Part shown: piece by piece, positions 19,891-29,145 of the stretch
Layout: each line of letters begins with the position of its first letter
Position numbering within the stretch: position 1 is the first letter of the stretch
Notes under the pieces: model-generated
What the model was told of the DNA's origin: nothing
The model's database searches: none
The model's input: only the letters and a program-made list of their open reading frames with translations
Assembly: GCA_965116885.1 (NCBI GenBank)
Contig: OZ220741.1
Coordinates: 224,001 to 288,000, forward strand
DNA length: 64,000 nucleotides
Source of the DNA: Candidatus Latescibacterota bacterium
GTDB taxonomy: Bacteria > Latescibacterota > UBA2968
Direction of reading: 5' to 3'
Made by a program: the position numbers and the translations under genes

Positions 19891-20703
19891 CTACTCCTCC
19901 TGCAAATTATCAACCATAGACAGCGGCGACCCCGCGAAAAGCCCGGCATCCACGGGCAGGACCACGCCCGAAATCCAGCGCGACTCATCGCTGCCCAAAA
20001 ACACGGCTGCCCAGGCAATATCCCATGCATTTCCCTCTGTTCCCAGCGGCGCAATTTTGCGGCGGCGCTCTCGCGACTCCTGGGGAATATTACCCACAAA
20101 AGTCGTGTGAAGATGCCCGGGCGCAATGCTATTCACGCGCACATTTTCGCGCCCATGGTGAACCGCTGCCAATCGCGTCAGCGCGATAATCCCCCCCTTG
20201 GTAATCCCATAGGGAACATTGCGCGAATTGCCGGCGCGCATACCGTCAATAGAAGAAATATTAATAATAGAACCGCCCCCAGATGCCGCCATCTCCGGAA
20301 TCGCGTACTTACACAAAAAAACCATACTCTTAAGCCCCACATCCATCACGCGATGCCAGTTCTCCTCTTCGACATCTGTCACCCTGCCAGGCCCGTGAAT
20401 CCCCACATTATTAAACAGAATATCCAACCTCCCATAGTGTTCAATCGCCGCATCCACAATCGCCCGACACTCATCCGTTCTGGAAACATCGGCCAAAACG
20501 ACCTCCGCCTCTCCACCCGCTGCCCGAATCTCCGCCCGGGTCCTCTCCGCATTCTCCCCATCAATATCTGCCAGAATTACCTTTGCCCCTTCGCGGGCAA
20601 AAAGCACCGCAGTCGCACTCCCTATCCCTCTCAATTCCCGATCCTCAACCTCGCGCGTCCCCGCACCCGTAACAATAGCGACCTTATCTTTCAAACGATC
20701 CAT
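19891..20703 (-). CDS. SDR family oxidoreductase
   Basis: TGAG...GIG, NNVG, YGITK, VRVNSIAPG. Confidence 0.93.
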   Translation of the reverse strand: MDRLKDKVAIVTGAGTREVEDRELRGIGSATAVLFAREGAKVILADIDGENAERTRAEIRAAGGEAEVVLADVSRTDECRAIVDAAIEHYGRLDILFNNVGIHGPGRVTDVEEENWHRVMDVGLKSMVFLCKYAIPEMAASGGGSIINISSIDGMRAGNSRNVPYGITKGGIIALTRLAAVHHGRENVRVNSIAPGHLHTTFVGNIPQESRERRRKIAPLGTEGNAWDIAWAAVFLGSDESRWISGVVLPVDAGLFAGSPLSMVDNLQEE

Positions 20704-20713
20704 AAAAACTCCC

Positions 20714-22159
20714 TCATCTCCTCAAATTTACCCAACGCTGGTATTTATCGTGATCAAATCGATCGCGCAGTGGTCCAAGATGCGTCTCGATCAAATCCCG
20801 GCGAACCGACTCAAGCTCCGCATCTTCCACCAGATTATTCAACTCATCCGGATCGGCTTCCACATCATACAATTCAACAGGCCTCTCCGAAACCGATTCC
20901 ACCCCGAGTTTATACCGCCCGTCAAACACCATCGTATGGCCCAAAACCTCGCTAATAACAGCATCCTTCCCCCTCTGCGCCCCCTCTGCATTGACCCCCG
21001 CTTGAACCTGTGAAACAAGAGACTGCCCATCGGTCTGCAAAGGTTCGGCATCCGCAATATCAACAACAGAAGCAACCACATCAATCACATCGGTCAACGC
21101 CCTGGTTTGCCAACCCCGCGTACCTCCTGGCGGGCGCACAATCAGGGGAACGCGAACAGACGCATCGTAAAAAACGATCTTATTATACAACATATGATCG
21201 CCCAGCATCTCGCCGTGATCGGAGTTATAAATAACCCATGTATTATCCGCCTGACCAGATTCCTCAAGCGCGTCGAGCATCTCGCCAATATAGTGGTCAA
21301 TAAGCGTAATCTTCGCAAAATAATTAACCATCATAATTTGCTTTTGCTCAACCGTCATACCCGACAAATTCTTACTCCTCTGCATCCGTCGAACATTCAG
21401 CGGAACGGGCTCATCCGGCGCATCCATAATACCCGCGGGCATATCCCCGGGATCGTACAAATCCCGGTACTCCTGCGGAGAATCAAACGGATCGTGGGGA
21501 CCGGGACAAAGAACCTGCAAATAAAAAGGCTTATCGCCCTTGTAATCGCGAATCCAATTCGCCGCAGTGCGCCCCGTATAACTATCCAGATGCGCCTCGG
21601 TAGGCAATGGACAGGGAGGTTCCTCCCACGGCTTGAGCGTCCCACTTTGCCAGGGAATGCGAAAATCATTGATAAATTTTCGATGCGTCTCCAACAGACC
21701 CATCTCTTCGAGATAATCGGTATAAGGCGAACTGTGTCTTCCCGAAGCAATCGGACCGTGAAGCTCGTGCGGATCGTCAAACCCCCACGCATTGAGCACA
21801 TCGACGCGATCTCTGCTATGCGAAGCCGGAACCCCGCCGTGAAGATAGAGATGTGACTTCCCGATCAAAGCCGTGTGATAACCCGCATCGCGCACCTGAC
21901 GCACATGACTGGGACCTTCACAATCGGCATCCTGATCATTTGCCCACAGCCCGTGCTCGCGGGGATACAGACCGCTCATCATAGATGCGCGAGACGGCAT
22001 ACACAGCGGACAATTGGTATAACACTGCGTATAAGTAACACTCTCAGACGCGAGGCGATCCAGATTCGGCGTCTTAACCACCGGATGCCCAACACAGCCC
22101 ATCGCATCGCCGCGATGCTGGTCGGAAAAGATATAGAGAATATTGGGTTGATCAGCCAT
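20714..22159 (-). CDS. Sulfatase
   Basis: PNILYIFSDQHR, CMPSR, GKSH, SDHGEMLGDH. Confidence 0.93.
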   Translation of the reverse strand: MADQPNILYIFSDQHRGDAMGCVGHPVVKTPNLDRLASESVTYTQCYTNCPLCMPSRASMMSGLYPREHGLWANDQDADCEGPSHVRQVRDAGYHTALIGKSHLYLHGGVPASHSRDRVDVLNAWGFDDPHELHGPIASGRHSSPYTDYLEEMGLLETHRKFINDFRIPWQSGTLKPWEEPPCPLPTEAHLDSYTGRTAANWIRDYKGDKPFYLQVLCPGPHDPFDSPQEYRDLYDPGDMPAGIMDAPDEPVPLNVRRMQRSKNLSGMTVEQKQIMMVNYFAKITLIDHYIGEMLDALEESGQADNTWVIYNSDHGEMLGDHMLYNKIVFYDASVRVPLIVRPPGGTRGWQTRALTDVIDVVASVVDIADAEPLQTDGQSLVSQVQAGVNAEGAQRGKDAVISEVLGHTMVFDGRYKLGVESVSERPVELYDVEADPDELNNLVEDAELESVRRDLIETHLGPLRDRFDHDKYQRWVNLRR

Positions 22160-22171
22160 GAAAACTCCTTA

Positions 22172-22305
22172 GAGGCTGTTTTAAAACTCATTCTGACCCC
22201 TCCCCCGGCCCCTCCCCGAAACGGGGAGGGGAGACCTGGTTCCCCCCTTCCTCTCAGGAAGGGGGGTTAGGGGGGTAGGTCCCAATAATTTTAAAACAGC
22301 TTCTT
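22172..22305. mobile_element. MITE-like element, copy 2, with TIRs and a flanking direct repeat
   Basis: TIRs GAGGCTGTTTTAAAA / TTTTAAAACAGCTTC (one mismatch); AAAACTCCTTA at 22161-22171 and 22306-22316. Confidence 0.8.
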
Positions 22306-22313
22306 AAAACTCC

Positions 22314-23351
22314 TTATCTCGGAATCGCGACCCTGCGCCCTCTCGACATCAGCGCCGCCTCATAAACCTTCATAACAGACAGCGCGAACGCCAGGGACCC
22401 GACCTCTGCCGTCTTATCTTCCAGAACACAATCGCAGAAATAGCGCATCTCATTGTAAAAACCCTGCGTAAAAAGTGCCTTATTCTCAAGCGTCCCCAGC
22501 GTGTCTTGAGGCTCCCATGAGATCGCACCAGAATCCAAACCCGGGGGAATATAACTTCTCGTACTTGAATAATTAAAAGGAATACCGCGTTCCAGAGTCA
22601 CGCGAAGATCTTTATCAATCGCCACATGCTGCTTCCCCCAAAATGCATACCGCTCGCATCCCCGACGCGCGGAAACCAGATTAAAAGACCCCACGACACC
22701 GCTCGCAAATTCGAGAATACACACACCAGTGCCGTGATCGCTTCTGTGCATAGTCACAGCCGAAACATCTCCCCCAACAGCGAGCAGCAGCGAAAGTGGA
22801 TGGCAGCCATTCTTCAGCCAGTTGGGCGCTTCGCGCGATCTGAGCACCTTCTCCCCATCCTCGGGAATCGTCATCGGATACTCTGCGGAAAGCCCTCTGA
22901 GCGGACCGCAATCCTCTGTCTCCATCAACTCAATCACCTTCCGGGTCGCCGGCATAAATGCCTTCTTGAACCCAACAACAACCACGCGATCCCCACGGTG
23001 GCGCATCATCGTTTCCACCTCAGAAGCCAGCGTAGCGGGCGGCTTCTCCATCCACACATGCAGCCCGGCATCCAACGCCTCGCACGCCAGTTCTGGATGT
23101 GCTTCCGGAGAAACACAAATAAAAACGCAATCCAAATCCTCACCCGCGTACATATCCGCAGTACTGGCATAGCAAGCACCCACGCCGTATTCCTCCGCCG
23201 TCGCCTTCGCGAGATCCAGCCTCAAGTCGCAAAAAGCCTTAAGCCTCACCGGGAGATAATGCATCGCAGGCAGGACATTCCTGTAACAATGTGACCCCAC
23301 GCCAACAACGCCGACATTCAGCCGGCTTTCAAACTCTCGCTGATAACTCAT
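22314..23351 (-). CDS. Gfo/Idh/MocA family oxidoreductase
   Basis: VGVVGVG, H...[13 protein letters not shown]. Confidence 0.92.
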   Translation of the reverse strand: MSYQREFESRLNVGVVGVGSHCYRNVLPAMHYLPVRLKAFCDLRLDLAKATAEEYGVGACYASTADMYAGEDLDCVFICVSPEAHPELACEALDAGLHVWMEKPPATLASEVETMMRHRGDRVVVVGFKKAFMPATRKVIELMETEDCGPLRGLSAEYPMTIPEDGEKVLRSREAPNWLKNGCHPLSLLLAVGGDVSAVTMHRSDHGTGVCILEFASGVVGSFNLVSARRGCERYAFWGKQHVAIDKDLRVTLERGIPFNYSSTRSYIPPGLDSGAISWEPQDTLGTLENKALFTQGFYNEMRYFCDCVLEDKTAEVGSLAFALSVMKVYEAALMSRGRRVAIPR

Positions 23352-23356
23352 AGCTA

Positions 23357-23761
23357 TTATCTGGCAAAACTGGAGCGCAATTTAACACCCCACCTGCCAT
23401 CCTCATACGTCAAAACATAAAGTGAATCGTGAGCCGCAATCACCGAACCGTCTTCGCGGTAGCGGGTAAATTGCGTATCGACGTGAATCTTCTCATCCGA
23501 ACAATGGACGACCTCGCGCCGGGTCCAAACACTGTGGTGCCAGCCCATATTGCCCAACCCCGTCCTCACACGCGCGATAAACTCATCGTCCATATCCGCG
23601 TCTTCCCATCGGTGCATGATTCCCGAAGCCAGGCGAAAATGTGGAAAATGCATCGTCGCTTTCCACGCCTGCAGATCCAGCGCATTAAAACCGACCATCC
23701 ACGCATCCAGCACGGGAATCGCCCGTTCTCTGGCCTGTGTAACTGCCTCTTTTGATGGCAT
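23357..23761 (-). CDS. Small hypothetical protein, probable NTF2/SnoaL-like fold
   Basis: 134 aa with HFPH, K.HV...FTRY..DG..I and DGRWG..RSS; RBS GGAGG; in operon. Confidence 0.7.
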   Translation of the reverse strand: MPSKEAVTQARERAIPVLDAWMVGFNALDLQAWKATMHFPHFRLASGIMHRWEDADMDDEFIARVRTGLGNMGWHHSVWTRREVVHCSDEKIHVDTQFTRYREDGSVIAAHDSLYVLTYEDGRWGVKLRSSFAR

Positions 23762-23773
23762 AAACCCTCCCTG

Positions 23774-23907
23774 GACGAATCAACGAATCAACGAACCCCA
23801 CCCAACCACCCCAACGGGCGGGCACAGGGGCACCGCCCCTACATTGTGTAGATAAACTGCTGACGCAGTCATGCTCGGAGCGTTGTACAACTGCGTCAGC
23901 AGTTCAT
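23774..23907. repeat. Family-A REP composite plus a long hairpin (family C repeat)
   Basis: REP at 23816-23842; perfect 15-bp inverted repeat AACTGCTGACGCAGT (23855-23869) / ACTGCGTCAGCAGTT (23890-23904). Confidence 0.75.
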
Positions 23908-23940
23908 TACTCGCCTTCATACACCACTCCGTTGATTCGT

Positions 23941-26412
23941 TTAATGAGGCAAATAATATTCGTGAAGTTGCTCTTTCGCTATGCCCTTTGCGATCAGACC
24001 GTCAACATAGTCTTCATCATAACCCAATTCCCCGAGAATCTCCCTCGTATGCGCACCCTGTTTGGGACATGCGTAGAGCAATTGAACAGGCGCATTCTTC
24101 AAACGCACATAAGCGGGCGGCGCGATATCGACAGCACTGCCAGCCGGGTGATCCGTAAAACGCACAATAGAAATGGAGCGCCCATCATCCCATGCATCCA
24201 AACTCTCGTCACACACCTCGTGCAAAAACATCTCGCGAATATCCTCAAGCGAATCAATGCGGTGCCCGGCCAGACCCACCTCGTTAAAAACCTTAACCCA
24301 ATGGGCCACATCGCGTTTTTTGATCTCACCCTCTAAAAATTCGCCAGCATCTTCATCGGGTGTATTCTCCAACCCCGCAACACACCTCAACTTACCCATC
24401 TCATGCGCCAACCCACCCAGGAAAACCCAGCCATCTCGCGCGCGATACATGCGGTGAAGCGCGTGTTCACCAACGGCATCCTGTCCCGCTGGTTCATCGC
24501 CCGAGCATCCGGCTTCGCAAGCATACATAAAAGGCGCCTGCACGAGTTGCCCCCCCTGCGCGAGCGAAGTCGTCACAAAATCGCCACCATCGGGAACGCC
24601 ACTGCGCCTGCGCTTGAGCAACGCCAGCACCGCGCCATAAGTAGCCGAATATCCCGTAATATAATCGATACACGACGCCCAACCGTGCAACACCGGCCTA
24701 TTCCCCTCGCCACCATAGCGCATCTGTATCCCCGTCGATCCCTGAAGCAAAGGATCAAAACCCGGGCGATTCATCCACGGACCCGGACGCGGGCCATTAA
24801 ACGCCGTCAAATTGAGATACACAATATCGGGTTTACACCGCTTAACAGCATCGTAATCAATACCCAAACTCTGCGCAACCCCGGGCCGGAAATTGTGAAC
24901 AATAACATCGGCTGTCTCAACCAACTTCATAAAAGCCGCCCTGCCAGCCTCGTCTTTCAAATTCAAAATCACACTCCGCTTCCCGGGGCTGACCTCCAGA
25001 GGAAACCAACTGGAAATGCGCGGACCAAAATAAGGCTCCGGCGGATCAATCTTAATAACCTCCGCGCCGTATTCCGCCAGCGTACGCGCACTGGCTGGTC
25101 CCGCGAGCACATTGGACAAATCCAGAACGCGGATACCCTCCAGAATGGGTTTTACAACTTCCATAGATTTGGATTCACCGCCACCTGCAAAAGATCCATC
25201 TGCGTCCATCTGCGTCATCTGCGGATACGCTTCTAACGGCCTCGACGGCCTGGGAATCGCGCATTCATCCGGCGTCTTGGAAAGCCACGTCTGCACGCCG
25301 AGTTGCCGCATCGGTCCATACTCGGGATCATCAACCACAACCGTCAAAGCCGCTTCTTCAGTCTCAGGTTTGTGCAACCAATCCTGTGCCGTACGCTGAA
25401 TCGTACACGGCACGCCAGCAGCCGTCAAAACATCAACCCAGTGTTGTGCGGGTTCGCTCGCCAGCACACTTTCAATTTTCTCGCGCGCTTTGAGATTCCA
25501 TTCACGGGACAAATGGGATGAATCGGGAATATTATTCGTCAGATGCAAATTCTCATAAACCGGCACATCGACCATACCCTCCGCAATCAAATCGTCGTAC
25601 ACCTCCAGCGCCTTGACCAGTGATCGGCTATTTCGAGAATGCCCAGCCGCAATAATATAAAGCCATTGCCCATCTCCCGCCCGAAACGTACCACTAAACG
25701 GCGACCTCACACTACTACGTTGCTTCCGACGATTAGCATTAGACGACGGACCATATCGCGCGGGCTTATCCGCCACATCCAGCATAATAACCGCCATAGC
25801 AGACATCGCCGCGCCAACCAGAGAAACCTCAATCACATCGCCACACCCGCTCTCTTCACGCGCATATAGCGCAAGCGTAACAGCGATAGCACCGTGAATC
25901 GCCCCATAAGTCGAACCCAACGGCATCGGCGTATAAACAGGCGGCAGATCCGGTCTTCTACTCTGAAGATCTGTATATTGACCTATAGCCGCGCTGATAA
26001 TACCTTCAAATGCGCGAATGGACGCTCTTTCATCCGTCGAAGCAAACCCCGGCAAAGAGAGATAAACCAACCCCGGATTCAGCGCAGTCATCTCTTCTGC
26101 CCCCAAACCCAATCGCTGCATAACACCCGGACGAAAATTTTCAATAACCACATCTGCAGAACGTATTAACTTCACCGCAGTCGTGAGATCATCTGCATCT
26201 TTCAGATCGAGCGCGATGCGCTGTTTGCCCCGATTAAAAACGCCATTTGCCGGCGTATCGTAATCCGGTTTGCCCGGCCGATCCACCTTAATCACCTCAG
26301 CACCCTGATCTACAAGCAACATCCCCGCCAAAGGCCCGGCAATATAATGACCGAAGTCGATAACGCGGATCCCGGTCAACGGCGCTTGTTTATCGCGTTC
26401 CGGATTCATCAT
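23941..26412 (-). CDS. Family III CoA transferase (CaiB/BaiF), tandem double domain
   Basis: Two copies of L.G.RV.D....AGP...L...GAEVIK and ADV...NFRPG. Confidence 0.92.
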   Translation of the reverse strand: MMNPERDKQAPLTGIRVIDFGHYIAGPLAGMLLVDQGAEVIKVDRPGKPDYDTPANGVFNRGKQRIALDLKDADDLTTAVKLIRSADVVIENFRPGVMQRLGLGAEEMTALNPGLVYLSLPGFASTDERASIRAFEGIISAAIGQYTDLQSRRPDLPPVYTPMPLGSTYGAIHGAIAVTLALYAREESGCGDVIEVSLVGAAMSAMAVIMLDVADKPARYGPSSNANRRKQRSSVRSPFSGTFRAGDGQWLYIIAAGHSRNSRSLVKALEVYDDLIAEGMVDVPVYENLHLTNNIPDSSHLSREWNLKAREKIESVLASEPAQHWVDVLTAAGVPCTIQRTAQDWLHKPETEEAALTVVVDDPEYGPMRQLGVQTWLSKTPDECAIPRPSRPLEAYPQMTQMDADGSFAGGGESKSMEVVKPILEGIRVLDLSNVLAGPASARTLAEYGAEVIKIDPPEPYFGPRISSWFPLEVSPGKRSVILNLKDEAGRAAFMKLVETADVIVHNFRPGVAQSLGIDYDAVKRCKPDIVYLNLTAFNGPRPGPWMNRPGFDPLLQGSTGIQMRYGGEGNRPVLHGWASCIDYITGYSATYGAVLALLKRRRSGVPDGGDFVTTSLAQGGQLVQAPFMYACEAGCSGDEPAGQDAVGEHALHRMYRARDGWVFLGGLAHEMGKLRCVAGLENTPDEDAGEFLEGEIKKRDVAHWVKVFNEVGLAGHRIDSLEDIREMFLHEVCDESLDAWDDGRSISIVRFTDHPAGSAVDIAPPAYVRLKNAPVQLLYACPKQGAHTREILGELGYDEDYVDGLIAKGIAKEQLHEYYLPH

Positions 26413-26491
26413 CTATCTCCTCGCATAAAGTCCTCTGATGGCCCCTTAACTGGTGTTACGCATAGATGCGCCTGTCATTCCCATTTCATAA

Positions 26492-26532
26492 GCATGACAA
26501 GATATAGCGTTGCTGCGTAAGGTCAAATATAT
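26492..26532. repeat. 41-bp direct repeat, left copy; contains a minus-strand sigma70-like promoter
   Basis: GCATGACAAGATATAGCGTTGCTGCGTAAGGTCAAATATAT is 40/41 identical to 41585-41625. Minus strand reads TTGACC-N16-TATCTT. Confidence 0.85.
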
Positions 26533-26605
26533 TTTATGAAGAAATCCACTTGAGTTTTGGAATTCCGCTGATGATCGGCGCGAAGCTGGTGCTGGTCAAT
26601 CAATC

Positions 26606-26642
26606 AAAAAGCCCGTCAATCAACTCAATTGACGGGCTTCTT
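26606..26642. terminator. Intrinsic terminator after the epimerase gene
   Basis: AAGCCCGTCAAT-loop-ATTGACGGGCTT with a T-run on the minus strand. Confidence 0.75.
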
Positions 26643-26670
26643 CTTGTTTGTCGATGAAGAACAATATGAA

Positions 26671-27636
26671 TTAGAGAACTTGTTGTCGTCTCTTTTCCAA
26701 AAACCATCTCGCAAAACTTTCAATACCTTCTTCAATATCCACTTTAGGAGTAAAATTATACAGTCTTTTAGCTTTTGAAATATCCGCATACGTTAGACAA
26801 ACGTCACCGGGTTGTTCAGGATATTGATCAATAACGGCTTTATACTTCAACGCATCCTGAATTATCTCAAGAGCATAGCTCAACTTAACAGTTCTCGAGT
26901 TACCAAAATTGACGATCTCAAAAGAATTTGGATATTTGAGTGCTGTGACCAGACCATCTACAATATCAGAGATGTAAGTATAGTCTCGTTGGGTACTTCC
27001 ATCCCCGAACATCCGTATAGATTGATTTGATATCATTTGTCTTGCGAAAATATGAAATCCCATATCTGGACGTTGACGAGGTCCATAAACCGTAAAAAAA
27101 CGAAAACAGGTAATAGGAATACCAAATAAATGATGATATGCATGGCAGATGAGCTCAACACTTCGTTTTGTGGCAGCATAAGGCGATATCGGTTTGTCCG
27201 CTGTATCTGTTTCTTGAAAAGGGACTTTATCAGAATTTCCATATACAGATGAAGATGATGCCACCAAAAGGTTTTCAATTCCCACCTTGCGGCAAGTTTC
27301 GAGAACTGTGATAGTGCCACCAACATTGACATCTTCATAACTCAGGGGAGTTTCTAAAGAAGCTCTTACACCTGCGCGAGCTGCCAGGTGGACTACCTTT
27401 TTAATTTTGTGATTCTCAAAGAGCACTTCAAAAGCATCTCGATTTCGGATATCCCCCTCGACAAAAGTGTAATTGGGAAGATTCTGAGCTTTAGAAATAT
27501 TATCTCGTTTTATTTTTTGTGAATAACTGTTATTTAAAGCATCGAAGACTACCACTTTTTCACCTGACTCAAGTAGCTTTTCTGCCAGATGAGATCCGAT
27601 AAATCCAGCCCCTCCTGTAATAAGTATGCTCGACAT
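26671..27636 (-). CDS. NAD-dependent nucleotide-sugar epimerase (UDP-glucuronate 4-epimerase-like)
   Basis: TGGAGFIGS, HLAARAGVR.S, SSSSVYG, PISPYAATK, RFFTVYGP.QRPDM. Confidence 0.92.
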   Translation of the reverse strand: MSSILITGGAGFIGSHLAEKLLESGEKVVVFDALNNSYSQKIKRDNISKAQNLPNYTFVEGDIRNRDAFEVLFENHKIKKVVHLAARAGVRASLETPLSYEDVNVGGTITVLETCRKVGIENLLVASSSSVYGNSDKVPFQETDTADKPISPYAATKRSVELICHAYHHLFGIPITCFRFFTVYGPRQRPDMGFHIFARQMISNQSIRMFGDGSTQRDYTYISDIVDGLVTALKYPNSFEIVNFGNSRTVKLSYALEIIQDALKYKAVIDQYPEQPGDVCLTYADISKAKRLYNFTPKVDIEEGIESFARWFLEKRRQQVL

Positions 27637-27683
27637 CTCGTTCTCCTTTTTTTAAAAGGAAATACGTAGAAGCAATGAGGTAT

Positions 27684-27976
27684 TCAAAAGTTGACAGAGC
27701 GGCAAAAAGTCAGTGATTGTCACGATGGGCAAGGTGCGGTTCAATACCGGGTATTGCTACGCGCATTGGGTCTCAACAAACATCATGTCGCTGCTTGGAA
27801 GGGATCGTTCTACCCTCAAAAGTTTTTTGGTAGGCTTTTGAGGGCCGTGTGATACAATCAACGGGTTCTTGGGTCGGGCAAACCTGTACCAAGGTGTACC
27901 AGCAGCCGGTTTGAAGCTCGCACGACAAGGGTTTGCAGGTCGCTTTCGCGACTTTTTGCCGCCTCGTCAAAAGTTG
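27684..27976. mobile_element. Non-coding MITE-like element
   Basis: 21-bp TIRs at 27691-27711 and 27950-27970 (18/21 match); TCAAAAGTTG direct repeat overlaps both ends. Confidence 0.6.
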
Positions 27977-27992
27977 TAGATGATAGAAGGTA

Positions 27993-28544
27993 CTATGGCA
28001 TTCCTAAATTTGAAGCAAACATGCGGGCAATATTGGGTTTACCCATTGCAGCATCACGAACGATACCCTCTTCATTGACGAATAAAGCGGTCGGTACACC
28101 AATAATACCACAGGTTTTTAATACAGCTCTTGAACTATCGAATCCCACAGTTGCGACAATTTCGTGGTTTTTGAGTTTTTTGGCCAAAGTCTGCTGATGT
28201 CCCACACCAATGACAAATGCTGACAGACTTGCCGAAGCCATTTTTAACAATGGATAAGTTGCATCACATCCACGACAATCGGATGCTGTGAAATAGAGGA
28301 TATAAGGCGAATCACCCATCGCATCGGAAGAAATTTGGTGTTCTCCATTGAGGCTGGCAACTTCAAAATCGGGCACTGGTTTGCCAATTAACTCAGCCAA
28401 AGGATTCACGAGTATGCCAGGGGGGTGTCCAGCCACGAGGCGAATTCCTACAGAAATACACAGGGCAACCAACAAGCCGCAACCAAGCGACATCAGGAGT
28501 ATCAAGCGTCCGTTCACATTTTGCATTTGAGTGTTGTGCATCAT
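27993..28544 (-). CDS. Membrane-anchored redoxin (TlpA/MauD-like)
   Basis: N-terminal TM, IGKPVPDF, CRGC, GVPT cis-Pro loop. Confidence 0.82.
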   Translation of the reverse strand: MMHNTQMQNVNGRLILLMSLGCGLLVALCISVGIRLVAGHPPGILVNPLAELIGKPVPDFEVASLNGEHQISSDAMGDSPYILYFTASDCRGCDATYPLLKMASASLSAFVIGVGHQQTLAKKLKNHEIVATVGFDSSRAVLKTCGIIGVPTALFVNEEGIVRDAAMGKPNIARMFASNLGMP

Positions 28545-28557
28545 CTTTTTGTATTCC

Positions 28558-29145
28558 TTAATTGGGTGATTGCTGCGAGTTCTGAATCCAGCGATTCAAT
28601 TCACGCAATTGGGTGAGGGTTGCCTGGACAGAATAGGTCGCACCTGAGATACCGTCAATATCTTTGGCTTCCCACTCAGAACCCCCGAGTCCCTGGCCTT
28701 TAAATTGCGATAAAAAGACTCTGGGATCATAAGTTCCGACCTCCAATTCCCAGGGTGAAAGGGGAAGAATCCCTAAAATTTTATTTGTATTGGGGTCAAA
28801 CAAAACGCCTAACAAAAGATCTCTACAGGTCGTACAGCTAATATCGTGACGCACGGCTGCCAAATAGCTCTGTTCTTGTTCGTTGTTATGGATAGAATAA
28901 ACAGCAAGTACACCAGAACGCGGTTCTGGCCGGGTGACAAAGACCTCTTGCATCTTGATGTCTTTATAGGCGACATTGAAGGCTTCAAGACGTGACGCAA
29001 TATCTTGTTTTGACGGGACCTCTGGTAGTCCAGCAACCGGCATAGCGCGTTTTTGATATAACATCAGCAAGCCAACAGCCAACAACAGCAGAATACCAAG
29101 TAACGCACCGAATAGTATTGGGATTCGATTTTCAGTTTTTATCAT
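28558..29145 (-). CDS. Membrane-anchored FMN-binding domain protein
   Basis: N-terminal TM, CTTC, FLSQFKG, DGISGATYS flavinylation motif. Confidence 0.8.
   Translation of the reverse strand: MIKTENRIPILFGALLGILLLLAVGLLMLYQKRAMPVAGLPEVPSKQDIASRLEAFNVAYKDIKMQEVFVTRPEPRSGVLAVYSIHNNEQEQSYLAAVRHDISCTTCRDLLLGVLFDPNTNKILGILPLSPWELEVGTYDPRVFLSQFKGQGLGGSEWEAKDIDGISGATYSVQATLTQLRELNRWIQNSQQSPN

Noticed and set aside
27773..27970. 65-aa Cys-containing ORF as a second precursor peptide
   Set aside because: TTG start without an RBS, and it lies wholly within the MITE-like element.
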